Positions 19,216 to 27,959 of a stretch of 41,146 nt of DNA are shown piece after piece (within the stretch, counting starts at the first letter, position 1; each line of letters opens with the position of its first letter). The DNA comes from a virus (Duplodnaviria; Caudoviricetes): positions 1 to 41,146 of the IMG/VR virus record IMGVR_UViG_3300032008_000011. One strand, given 5' to 3'. A program made the translations under genes and the position numbers. Under the pieces are notes generated by a model that worked only from the letters and a program-made list of their open reading frames with translations, had not been told where the DNA came from and made no database searches.

Positions 19216-19704
19216 CTATAATCTGGCCAGAACCCGCTCCAGGCTCTCGCTCAAATCATGATTCCTAACCTGACTGATAGGCAAACGTATGGCTCCACCA
19301 GCCGATATATCGTCAATCCCAATAAAAACAGTCGTACCCAACACAAGATGATGTAACGCAATCAAATCGGCATCGCGTCGATCAATAGGCCGCGTCTTGA
19401 TGTAATTCGTCTTGTCACGATTACCGTAACCCTTGCGAAGCATCCACATACAATGACCATTCTCAATATGTGTCGTGCTCCTGACCTGAATACGTAAACT
19501 CCGCTCTTCAGTTACAAAAATGACGTCAAACCCAGGCGCGTCACAATGCCAAACATCGTAACCCAGCTTCGACAACTCGGCGCAGATAAGAAACTCAGCA
19601 TACCGTCCAAGCTTCTTCGTACTGATGTTGTCTTCGTCAGGTCTGTCTTCAACCCCAAATAGATCACCCTGAATATCTTCATTGAACGGAATTATGTTAT
19701 TCAT
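19216..19704 (-). CDS. PD-(D/E)XK endonuclease (homing-endonuclease-like)
   Basis: LGRYAEFLICAEL...GFDVI...LRIQVRS motif order. Confidence 0.7.
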   Translation of the reverse strand: MNNIIPFNEDIQGDLFGVEDRPDEDNISTKKLGRYAEFLICAELSKLGYDVWHCDAPGFDVIFVTEERSLRIQVRSTTHIENGHCMWMLRKGYGNRDKTNYIKTRPIDRRDADLIALHHLVLGTTVFIGIDDISAGGAIRLPISQVRNHDLSESLERVLARL

Positions 19705-19957
19705 GCTACCTCCCGGTGTTTTCTGATTATCGGAAGGCTAGTTTACGTGTATGGCAAATGTAGGGGGGTATTTAAAAATAGGAGTCCCTTGCCAGAAAAT
19801 TTTTCCCCCTCCCCGCCCTCCGGCCGGTCGTCGACCGGCGGTCGCCGAGCCTGTTCGGCGGAGTGGGCGTCCGCCATAGCATGTCATCATCTCATTGATA
19901 TGCAAGGAGAATCGGCGGATTGCTCGACGCCAGTCCCCAACTCAGTCCCCAAACAGA

Positions 19958-20482
19958 TCAGCGCTTGCCCTTGCCGCGCTTACCCTTCGGCTCACGGTAC
20001 GGCTTCGGCCGCTCGAGCAGCCGATTATACTGCACGTCGATGGCGCCAACCTCGGCCGGCCGCCTTCCACTTGCGATTGCAAGCAACTGTTCATCGGATA
20101 ACGTGTCTAACTTGATGTTGTGGTCAAATGAAGCGTAGCGCACCTCTCTGTATTCATCGGGTGCAACGTTCTTCAACGCAAAGATAGTCGCAGCGACTTC
20201 ACCACCTTTCTCTGCATGCAATAACTTCTCTTCCCACGGAACAAGGCGAGCGGCATGACCACGGCTTACCGCGTCGGAAAACTCTGTATGCGTGTTCATC
20301 CATGCATAGATCGTATCCTTGTTCGTCTTGATCGATCCTGCGAATGAGGTAAGCGAATGTCCCTTGCCCATCCATGCTTCGACTTGATCGCAATACTCCG
20401 GCTTGTACGTCGTCGGCCGGCCGGTGCGATAATTCGGATCGCGCTCATGAGCCATCGGCCGCACGCGTTTGAACGGAGCCAC
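19958..20482 (-). CDS. terS: Terminase small subunit
   Basis: GRPTTYKPEYC...HTH...TIYAW...EFSDAV...IFALKN; alternative start ATG 20455. Confidence 0.8.
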   Translation of the reverse strand: MAPFKRVRPMAHERDPNYRTGRPTTYKPEYCDQVEAWMGKGHSLTSFAGSIKTNKDTIYAWMNTHTEFSDAVSRGHAARLVPWEEKLLHAEKGGEVAATIFALKNVAPDEYREVRYASFDHNIKLDTLSDEQLLAIASGRRPAEVGAIDVQYNRLLERPKPYREPKGKRGKGKR

Positions 20483-20518
20483 GATGCATTAATCCTTCGC
20501 TAACGTGTTTGTGATTGA

Positions 20519-20564
20519 CTACATGCAATTCGCCATTGAACTACATGTCGGGTTAAGGCTACAT
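20519..20564 (+). promoter_or_regulatory. Sigma70-like promoter of the plus-strand cassette, overlapped by three CTACAT boxes
   Basis: TTGAAC(20536)-N17-CTACAT(20559); CTACAT at 20519, 20541 and 20559; divergent from terS. Confidence 0.5.
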
Positions 20565-20598
20565 ACTGATATCTGAAGCACACAACGGAGCAACGCAA

Positions 20599-20766
20599 AT
20601 GACTTTCGATCGTCACACATACCACAATATCCTGAATCTGAGCCATGTTGTCAGTGAGCACGAAACCCGCGCCAAGGCCATTGAAGCTTCGAAAGATTAT
20701 CCCGGCAAGGTCTTTTACAACGATGAACGCGGTGTGTGGCAGGTGTGGGCAAGCAATAAAGACTGA
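20599..20766 (+). CDS. 55-aa hypothetical protein, first gene of the cassette array
   Basis: GGAG RBS; MTFDRHTYHN...WASNKD; stop lies just before repeat 1. Confidence 0.65.
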   Translation: MTFDRHTYHNILNLSHVVSEHETRAKAIEASKDYPGKVFYNDERGVWQVWASNKD

Positions 20767-20777
20767 TCCTTTCATCC

Positions 20778-20850
20778 CCTCGCTCTCGTGCCCGGCGCCG
20801 CAAGGCTACCGGGCCTGAGGCGGTAGAAGCAACACAAAGGAACGAAGCAA
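20778..20850 (+). repeat. Structured intergenic leader repeat 1
   Basis: CGC-tCTC-gt-GCCCGG-cg-CC-GCAA-GG-cta-CCGGGC-ct-GAG-GCG, then AAGGAACGAAGCA before the ATG. Confidence 0.85.
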
Positions 20851-21132
20851 ATGCCGTTCAATACGGAATTCCCCGATTATCCCGCAGCCGACATGCCGGA
20901 GTTGCCGGAAGGATTTGAGGATACCTCTTGGCATCATGACATCTGCCCAAGCTACAGCAACGCGCATATGCAGATCTTCATTGACTACATCGATCCTGCA
21001 TTACGTGAACACGGCAATGAATATCCCAGATTCACTGCCCTGCCAATAAAGGACGGAATTATAATCACCGGAAACAGCTGCCTTGTGACAGACGACTGGA
21101 ACGAAGTACTGGCTTACATTATCCGCCAATAA
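20851..21132 (+). CDS. Hypothetical protein (93 aa, acidic)
   Basis: AAGGA RBS supplied by the repeat; PEGFEDTSWHHDICPSY. Confidence 0.75.
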   Translation: MPFNTEFPDYPAADMPELPEGFEDTSWHHDICPSYSNAHMQIFIDYIDPALREHGNEYPRFTALPIKDGIIITGNSCLVTDDWNEVLAYIIRQ

Positions 21133-21141
21133 CCTCTCTCA

Positions 21142-21218
21142 CCTCGCTCTCACGCCCGGCATCCGCAAGGCTTACCGGGCCTGAGGCAGTAGGAAATACA
21201 AACAGAAGGAACGAAGCA
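21142..21218 (+). repeat. Structured intergenic leader repeat 2
   Basis: GCCCGG-cat-CCGCAAGG-ctta-CCGGGC-ct-GAG-GC...AAGGAACGAAGCA. Confidence 0.85.
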
Positions 21219-21800
21219 ATGTCTCTTATCCACCTTGATCCCGCTCTTGTCCCTGCCAAGCTTCGCGGCGCCTACAACGGCCACAAGTTCAAGGCCATTG
21301 TTGGCTTGACCGTTGACCTGCCCGCAACGGCTGGCTTGTGGAGCGGCGGCTCCCGCGAGTTCTACAAAGCTGTTTCGCTACTGACCGGCGAAGTCAGCCC
21401 TTTGATCATGCAGGATCAAGATCCGTGGGGTTTGCGGCAAGATCACAAGGTTACGATCAAGCCGGGCTTTGCCGTCGTGTTACATTCCATCTTCTGCGGC
21501 GAGGACATGGGACTGACGTTCTACATTCATCCGGACAATGCCGCGACGCTGTTGCCCACGCCAGTCGAGTTGACGCCTTACGAAAAGCTGATCTTGATCG
21601 CCACCCGCTCGCTCAAGTCGAGCTACGGCGGCCGCGACCGTTATGAGATGGCACGCGACGAATATCACTGCACAAAAGCACTCGCCGGTCAGCCTTATCC
21701 AACCCGCGCCCAATGGAATGAAACCAAGACTGTGCTGGTCGGCAAGGGATTACTCGACAAGCGCGGCGCCATCACGGTCAAGGGCCGCAACGCGATCTAG
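21219..21800 (+). CDS. Hypothetical protein (193 aa)
   Basis: RBS from repeat 2; C-terminal LVGKGLLDKRGAITVKG resembles a winged-helix end. Confidence 0.75.
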   Translation: MSLIHLDPALVPAKLRGAYNGHKFKAIVGLTVDLPATAGLWSGGSREFYKAVSLLTGEVSPLIMQDQDPWGLRQDHKVTIKPGFAVVLHSIFCGEDMGLTFYIHPDNAATLLPTPVELTPYEKLILIATRSLKSSYGGRDRYEMARDEYHCTKALAGQPYPTRAQWNETKTVLVGKGLLDKRGAITVKGRNAI

Positions 21801-21807
21801 ACCTACT

Positions 21808-21893
21808 CACATGCTCTTACGGCCAGCACCGCAAGGTTACTGGCCCTAAGGCATTAGAGGCACCTGGCCTCGCAAACAAAAGGAACGAAGCAC
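21808..21893 (+). repeat. Structured intergenic leader repeat 3 (covariant)
   Basis: ATGC-tCTT-ac-GGCCAG-c-ACC-GCAA-GGT-ta-CTGGCC-ct-AAG-GCAT...AAGGAACGAAGCA. Confidence 0.85.
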
Positions 21894-22121
21894 ATGAAAA
21901 TCTGGACAACTGACGAGCTTGTAAAAGCCTATATTGATACCATCCAATCACCGCCGAACGCATGGGGACAGCACGTCCATCCCCTGCTAGGCCGATCTGA
22001 ATTCATCATGCTGAAACTATGGAGCTTGATTGGTGAAGATGCCACGATCCTCCTGATTCAGAAGAAACTCATTTCCAACGCCGTAGAGCAAGCCAATGCG
22101 CAATTTCGTCATCAGATGTAA
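21894..22121 (+). CDS. Hypothetical protein
   Basis: RBS from repeat 3. Confidence 0.7.
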   Translation: MKIWTTDELVKAYIDTIQSPPNAWGQHVHPLLGRSEFIMLKLWSLIGEDATILLIQKKLISNAVEQANAQFRHQM

Positions 22122-22332
22122 AAGCGCATCGGGTCGGATCACGGATATCCCGTGCACCGCGGCGACCGCGCGCGATGCCCTGTTGATCTTTCGCAGTGAT
22201 GTTACTTACCTCGTCGATAACAAAATGATTCCGGTTCGTGTTCTGGATACCATTATCGGGATTTACGATTCATCGTGGTTTTGTGGGGTTGACGGTTCAC
22301 CGAGCGGGATTTGTCTGGAACTAGTTGAATGA
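22096..22332 (+). CDS. Hypothetical protein
   Basis: Co-oriented; ATGA overlap with the next gene. Confidence 0.5.
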   Translation: MRNFVIRCKSASGRITDIPCTAATARDALLIFRSDVTYLVDNKMIPVRVLDTIIGIYDSSWFCGVDGSPSGICLELVE

Positions 22333-22541
22333 GACGAGACACGAAGCATAATTTTGCTGATGATTATGCCGAGTCGATGCGCGAAATGGTAACCCCGCTT
22401 GCGGGGTTGCCGACGCGTGAGATCGCCAGGCAATTGAATATGGATCACTTGCGTACTTCACGAGGTGGTCTCTGGTCATCGATGTCTGTTTCACGGCTTC
22501 TGAAGCGGCTGGATCTGAAATCTACCAAAATCGATACCTAA
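22329..22541 (+). CDS. Stand-alone serine-recombinase-type DNA-binding domain
   Basis: TREIARQLN...LRTSRGGLWSSMSVSRLL; no catalytic domain. Confidence 0.65.
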   Translation: MRRDTKHNFADDYAESMREMVTPLAGLPTREIARQLNMDHLRTSRGGLWSSMSVSRLLKRLDLKSTKIDT

Positions 22542-22615
22542 TCCACCCGTTTGTCAACAAGTAGATAGCTTTATCCTGTCTCATGCCATATGTAGATCCA
22601 TCCCTAACCCCATTT

Positions 22616-22894
22616 TCAGAACGTCTGAGACGCTTTCCATCGATCGAAGCTATCAGCTAACCCTGATAACAGTTTAAACACCGTACCGTTGTCTGTTCCC
22701 TTTTCTCGCATGCATCGTTCCAATATATCCCTGTCAGACCTTACAAATAAGACTGGCCGCCACTTTTCATCCTTCCATTTGCGTTGCAATATCCACTGCG
22801 CACCATCGCTTGCCAAAGCCCAATCCCCTGAAATGACAAATTGCTTGTCAACAGACTGCTTTTCTTGACTTATCATTATACCTCTCCCTGTCAA
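22616..22894 (-). CDS. Hypothetical protein
   Basis: WALASDGAQWILQR...FVRSDRDILERCMREKG. Confidence 0.6.
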   Translation of the reverse strand: MTGRGIMISQEKQSVDKQFVISGDWALASDGAQWILQRKWKDEKWRPVLFVRSDRDILERCMREKGTDNGTVFKLLSGLADSFDRWKASQTF

Positions 22895-23447
22895 TGACCT
22901 GCCAAAACCGATCTAGCCAATCGGCAGCTTCGATCAGGATTCTGGCGGCAGCTTGACGACCGCGAAACGGACTCGCATACCCGAGCAGGGTTCCAGCCGA
23001 TACCAATGAGCCGTCATAACACGCCACATGATCGGCAATGCGCGCGCGCTCCGCGCCAATCGATAACCGCGCATCCTGATACAGCCGTTTATGCGTGAGT
23101 TCCCGCTCGTTTCTGGCAAGGCCACCGAGCACACCGGGATTGATCGCCCGGATACGATCCAGATCGAAACTAGACAGTGCCCCTGCCATTCCGCCGGCAT
23201 ACCAATGGACGGCATAGCGCTGCAAAGCCTTGTATTGCTGTTCCGTGATCAATTTTTGCAGTGCGAGACGACCGAGATTATCATCCATCATGTGGTACCG
23301 GCGATGGCTACGATCGCTGCCTGTCTGCCTGACATGGCCCTCGGCACGGATTAGCCGCTCGCTGGTAGGCGTTCCGGTATCAAGCTGTTTGGTAGCGCCT
23401 TCCGGAATTATCGCACCAGCGGGCTTTCCTAGTCGTTTACGACCCAT
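22848..23447 (-). CDS. Putative late transcriptional regulator
   Basis: ITEQQYKAL...HVACYD..L pattern; lies at the end of the replication operon upstream of terS; GGAGG RBS before ATG 23447. Confidence 0.5.
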   Translation of the reverse strand: MGRKRLGKPAGAIIPEGATKQLDTGTPTSERLIRAEGHVRQTGSDRSHRRYHMMDDNLGRLALQKLITEQQYKALQRYAVHWYAGGMAGALSSFDLDRIRAINPGVLGGLARNERELTHKRLYQDARLSIGAERARIADHVACYDGSLVSAGTLLGYASPFRGRQAAARILIEAADWLDRFWQVIDRERYNDKSRKAVC

Positions 23448-23449
23448 CC

Positions 23450-24121
23450 TCACGACCTCCCGAACAATTTTGCTGCTGCCAGATAGCCACGGCACAGAGC
23501 GGCACCGTGATCCTCAACGTCCTGCACGGTTCCCTTGACGCAAGCCTCGACAAACAGGTTTTCCTGATCGTACAGGGCCTCTGCCATTTCAGCATCCCGC
23601 AACCGCAGTTCCTTAAACGTTGCCCGACGTTCAAACATCGTCCTGTCTTCCGAGCTGCGACAACGCCAGAAATTGATTCTAGCGTAAAACCGTTCTTCTT
23701 CAGGTGTCATTGGCTCCGCCTTCAGACGCTGTTGTTTACGCATGATTTTGTGCCATTTGTGATGACATTCACGACAGAGATAATCCTGTGGCCAGTCATT
23801 GGCATCGCTGAAAAATTCCATAGGCGCCCAATGATGCAACTCCACTCCGTTTCTCCATTCGCCACAGCGGATACAACCCCGACCAGGATCCGCACGAACC
23901 TCCTCCGGCCCTATCGTTCGAACCTGAACCGGAATATTATCATAGGCGATAGCTCCCCCAAGAACGCCCTTGCACGCGCAACATCGGAGATTCCATAACT
24001 TCACGCCATTGCGCTGAACCCTCACGAACAGTTCGAGAGGAGCGACGCACCTTCGGCGGCATCGCGATGCCCACTTCCCCAATCCAGCCTTCTGGGCATC
24101 CTCGACTGTAGGATAAATCAT
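23450..24121 (-). CDS. Zn-binding HNH-like protein
   Basis: CIRCG...ELHHWAP...YLCRECHHKWH plus N-terminal Cys clusters. Confidence 0.6.
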   Translation of the reverse strand: MIYPTVEDAQKAGLGKWASRCRRRCVAPLELFVRVQRNGVKLWNLRCCACKGVLGGAIAYDNIPVQVRTIGPEEVRADPGRGCIRCGEWRNGVELHHWAPMEFFSDANDWPQDYLCRECHHKWHKIMRKQQRLKAEPMTPEEERFYARINFWRCRSSEDRTMFERRATFKELRLRDAEMAEALYDQENLFVEACVKGTVQDVEDHGAALCRGYLAAAKLFGRS

Positions 24122-24152
24122 CTTTTTGCCTCAAAGGTACCCAACCACCGGC

Positions 24153-24417
24153 GTGACACGGTGACGTGACGTGTCGCGTTTTTTCTTATACTGCTCCACC
24201 ATTCTCTCTATCCTCTCTATATATGTCTTTTTATAGTTTTTCAGTTTATAAAAGAAATCGTGTCACCGTGTCACTATACCTAACTAACCCTCTCTGCTGC
24301 TGTCGTTTTTAGCCTGTGACGCGAAAAGTGACGCGATTTTTTTTCTCATTTTGGTGACACCAATCCTGTCACTCCAATGTGCGGGGATAATTCGATTCGC
24401 GTCACCTAGTGACACGA
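24153..24417. promoter_or_regulatory. Putative replication origin (GTGAC[A/G]C iterons around an AT-rich core)
   Basis: 13-bp inverted repeat GTGACACGGTGAC at 24153..24165 and 24262..24274 flanking ~80 bp of AT-rich DNA; further copies in the primase 3' end. Confidence 0.6.
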
Positions 24418-26941
24418 CCACCCGCTTCGCCTCATAAGCCAACGCCTGCCTTCCGGTATCGAAATACTTCAATCCTGCATCATTTAGCCTCAATCCGACG
24501 TACCACCGCATGCTGTTTTCCCGCTCTCTCTGGATGCATTCATTATGCAATGCAGTCACAGCGCGCTTGATAGCGTCATTGCTTGGCATATATCCGCGAC
24601 TCTCGCCCTTGTTCTCGCCGAACCATACGGAGACAGCCAGACAGAAATCTGGAACCGTAATCCGGTGATCTGGTGAATATTCAGTGCAATCTTCGATGAA
24701 GCGTGCAACGAGATTGGACTCGCGCCAGATGGTTTCCTTTTCGCCTTTTGTTGCAGCGCTGGTCGCGATACGTCCGCGCGCGACGGCTCTTTTCATGCCT
24801 TCCAGAGCCCATAACAGGACGCCTGGCAACTCTGTCTCGACGATCAGTTCGGACGGCTTTGAAAATCCGCTTTCGATTGCTGCCAGTGCAACGCCAGAAG
24901 GCGCTTCATCTTCGAATTTCGTCCGACAGTGGATAGGCACGATACGGGATACCATTGCATCCGTATTTTCCTTGAACTGAGGTGGATGATTGGTGGCCCA
25001 ATAGATCGAGCCATGCCACTGCTGGTTGGCGATGATTGGGCCATTCTTGATATTGACGGAGAAGGTTTCGCCTGTGATCAATGTCTTGACGATAGCTGAT
25101 TGATGCCAGGTAGACTGATCAAAAGCCTCGTGTAGAATCCATGGCAATCGTTTCCTGAATGGCATCAATCCGTGATTTTTGATACTGTCGATCTCAACCG
25201 AGATTACATCGCCGAACAGACCTGCGAACACTTCCAGGATGGAACTTTTACCGCAATTCTTTCCGCCATAAAGGATCAAGGCGCGCCGCAGGCCACGTGG
25301 CTTGTCGTTGACGAGTCCGACGCCGAGCAGCTCTTGCAGGCATTGAATGGTTAGATCTCGTTCATTCTCTTCCATGTCCGCGAAACAATCGGACAGCATA
25401 TCTTTCCAATTCGGACAAACAGCGGAAGGATTGAAAATACAGGCGAGGCGCCAGGTACAATAGTGTTCTGGCTTGGCAAGGGTAAGTTCCAATGTCTCGG
25501 GATGGACAAGACCGGATAATGTCGGGACTTGTCCATGCCTGTCCCATGGGACGTTGTTGCGTTGGAAATCCGGATCACGAGAGATATCGCCGCGAACCTC
25601 GCTACAAAGCTTGTTATCGCAAACAATCCCTAGATCGTTGGCGCATATCTGGATTTTGATATCGATCCAGTCCTTGAAATTATCCGCGTATTTCCATAAT
25701 CCACGATCGTAATACCACGCTGTATGGTCGTCGTCGAAAAGCAAGGTATTTGCCAGGACAGCTTTAAGCGACTCAGAGACAAGCTTGAATTTCTTCTTGG
25801 TTTGTTGCGCAACATCCTTGATCTTGGTTTCTCTCTTGGTCTTGGCTTGTTGCATGTTGACGATATTGCCTTGCACAAATTCCTTTCGTTCCTCTCCATT
25901 TCGCATCTCACCTAGCGGTATTGCATCCATGGTTTTTGTTCTAAGTTCTTGCGACTCAACGAATTTTTTATGAGCGCTTTCGCACATCTTAAGCAAGGCG
26001 CGTTCTTCGCGGATCCAGTTCCAGTTCGCTCCCTGCTGTCCGACGGCTTTCTGTGTTGCAGCCAGGACGATTTCGATGACTGCGGGGAATTCCAATCCGC
26101 TCTTGACAAGACTGGCAGTTACTCTGACCTGAGTCTTATGGATGCAGGTTTCATTTGGCCCCTGATACGTCATGGCTTCCAAACGTTGCGCAACATCGAT
26201 CGGCGGCTTAAGGCCGGAACGGTTGGCAAAATCTAAATAGGGATTTAGATTTTCTGGATAATTGGCGCCGTTTGGCGGCGCGCCGTTTGGCGTCTTTCGC
26301 CGGATCACTGGCGATTGCTCGTCAAGCCATTCTTCGATGTCGTCCAGTTCATAGGTGCGGCTCTCGACCCATGATGAGTTGATCACCTCCCGCCATTCGC
26401 CGTTCTTGCTATTATGCGTGCCTGGGAGCCTCAGCAGGGCGGCTGGATGGGCCACGGCCAGGTCACCCCCGACGACATCCGCCAGCCGCCGCAGGCAATC
26501 CTCTAGCCTCCCCAGCTCGACCTGGGTATCGATGGCTTCCTTGAATTGCCAGACACAATGCAAGCCGTGGCCAGTGCGGTTGACGCCGGTCGGCGGCAGG
26601 CGCAACGAGGCAATAACGCCTTCAACGGCTGCGGGCAGGATCTCGATATCCTTGTAGTCGACATCGATGACCAGGGCCGGTGTTTCTATGGCATTGGCCT
26701 TGTTGCGCTGCTTGCCCTCGGCAATCGTCGACATGCTATAATAGAGACCGCGACCGGGCCGGTTCCAGCGATTGGCAAAGACCAGGATCTGGTGATGGTC
26801 GCGGGAATGCAGCGACCGGACCCCGTCCGGATTGCCGGCCTTGTCGTTGACCAGGGAACACAAAAAGACCGGATGGCTTGTCGAGGGACCGAATAATCGG
26901 CGCAGATAATCGATGGCTGGATGCGTTGGCTGCTCTGCCAT
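24284..26941 (-). CDS. Primase-helicase (RepB-like primase + P4/D5-type SF3 helicase)
   Basis: IDVD, TGHGLHCVW and LLRLPGTHN primase motifs; Walker A GGKNCGKS; WATNHPP motif C. Confidence 0.9.
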   Translation of the reverse strand: MAEQPTHPAIDYLRRLFGPSTSHPVFLCSLVNDKAGNPDGVRSLHSRDHHQILVFANRWNRPGRGLYYSMSTIAEGKQRNKANAIETPALVIDVDYKDIEILPAAVEGVIASLRLPPTGVNRTGHGLHCVWQFKEAIDTQVELGRLEDCLRRLADVVGGDLAVAHPAALLRLPGTHNSKNGEWREVINSSWVESRTYELDDIEEWLDEQSPVIRRKTPNGAPPNGANYPENLNPYLDFANRSGLKPPIDVAQRLEAMTYQGPNETCIHKTQVRVTASLVKSGLEFPAVIEIVLAATQKAVGQQGANWNWIREERALLKMCESAHKKFVESQELRTKTMDAIPLGEMRNGEERKEFVQGNIVNMQQAKTKRETKIKDVAQQTKKKFKLVSESLKAVLANTLLFDDDHTAWYYDRGLWKYADNFKDWIDIKIQICANDLGIVCDNKLCSEVRGDISRDPDFQRNNVPWDRHGQVPTLSGLVHPETLELTLAKPEHYCTWRLACIFNPSAVCPNWKDMLSDCFADMEENERDLTIQCLQELLGVGLVNDKPRGLRRALILYGGKNCGKSSILEVFAGLFGDVISVEIDSIKNHGLMPFRKRLPWILHEAFDQSTWHQSAIVKTLITGETFSVNIKNGPIIANQQWHGSIYWATNHPPQFKENTDAMVSRIVPIHCRTKFEDEAPSGVALAAIESGFSKPSELIVETELPGVLLWALEGMKRAVARGRIATSAATKGEKETIWRESNLVARFIEDCTEYSPDHRITVPDFCLAVSVWFGENKGESRGYMPSNDAIKRAVTALHNECIQRERENSMRWYVGLRLNDAGLKYFDTGRQALAYEAKRVVVSLGDANRIIPAHWSDRIGVTKMRKKIASLFASQAKNDSSREG

Positions 26942-26962
26942 GTGTAGAACCCCTTAAGTAAC

Positions 26963-26994
26963 TAAGCCCTGACCGGTGACAGCCGATCAGGGCT
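26963..26994 (-). terminator. Hairpin between SSB and primase genes (possible terminator)
   Basis: AAGCCCTGA...TCAGGGCTT stem; weak U-tract. Confidence 0.4.
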
Positions 26995-27008
26995 TGATTC
27001 AGATCAAG

Positions 27009-27803
27009 TCAGAACCGGGGGCGTGCCATTCCGTTCTTTTGCGGTTCCATCTTGCCTTGTGCTGCTTGTGCAGGCTGTGCCTTGTAATCGTTCTTTGGCA
27101 ATTCCGTCTTGGGCGGCAGATCATCGACCTCCCGATCGTAATCCTGTCCCGCAGCATTGTCTTGCAATGCCTTGTCGATCACTGCCTTGTCGCACCATGA
27201 GACGATGGAGAAGATTGGAAAATCGATCATGCCGAATTGCTTGTTCGGATGCGGATACTGGTCGCCGCCCAACGTCACAACCGGATACTCGTTTGGATTG
27301 ACGCGCATATGATGACCGAAGGCCATTGACAGTGTTGCCAGGGCTTGCTTGCCTCCTTTGCTTGATGGCGTGAACGTATACAGGTTTCCGTCCTGATCCA
27401 TCATGATGAGATAATTGCAGAATTGCCAGGGATCACGCTTGATGCCATTATTATCCACTGGCCAGTCTTCGCGTTCAGTGTCTCCAAGCTCGGATCGAGT
27501 TGGCACCTTGTAGCGCGGTGTGCCGCGATCCCGCACATAGCTCATGATCTGTTCTGTTGGCTTGTGGTCCTCCCATTTGATCCAGCCTTCCAGCAGCTCA
27601 CCCATATGGGCGATCAATCGGGTACCATCCGGCATTTCCGTGGCATTTTCGCCATAGGTCCAGTCACCACGTTTGTTGAATTTGAGGATCTTGCCAACGA
27701 TGCGAGTTCTGGAAGCTTCCCTGCCGAAATCCAGGTAAGGATTAAACTCATCACGACTGGCTATTTCAGTTCCTTGTCCATTGTTCATGGGAAGGTTTGT
27801 CAT
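27009..27803 (-). CDS. Putative single-stranded DNA-binding protein
   Basis: LKFNKRGDW...GWIKW...RDPWQ motifs; between exonuclease and primase; ends in Phe. Confidence 0.6.
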   Translation of the reverse strand: MTNLPMNNGQGTEIASRDEFNPYLDFGREASRTRIVGKILKFNKRGDWTYGENATEMPDGTRLIAHMGELLEGWIKWEDHKPTEQIMSYVRDRGTPRYKVPTRSELGDTEREDWPVDNNGIKRDPWQFCNYLIMMDQDGNLYTFTPSSKGGKQALATLSMAFGHHMRVNPNEYPVVTLGGDQYPHPNKQFGMIDFPIFSIVSWCDKAVIDKALQDNAAGQDYDREVDDLPPKTELPKNDYKAQPAQAAQGKMEPQKNGMARPRF

Positions 27804-27959
27804 CTGTATGGTTCCTTATGTTGAGTTATGAGCGGTCTCACGTTCGAAGTGGCGGATTTTTCAAAGCGTTACCGCCTCCTGTTTTGAGGGGCGTTTCAGA
27901 ACAGGAACGCATCATCCTGCGGGGGACACAGGGGGGTGCTGTTCGCAGGATAATCAGAG

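Noticed and set aside
20778-21893. Repeats as a CRISPR array or integron attC sites
   Set aside because: The spacers are whole genes of 280-580 bp; no cas genes, no integron integrase and no RYYYAAC/GTTRRRY ends seen
27825-27955. Intergenic hairpins upstream of SSB as ncRNA or tRNA
   Set aside because: Only an imperfect ATCCTGCG/CGCAGGAT stem; no cloverleaf or second copy to support it
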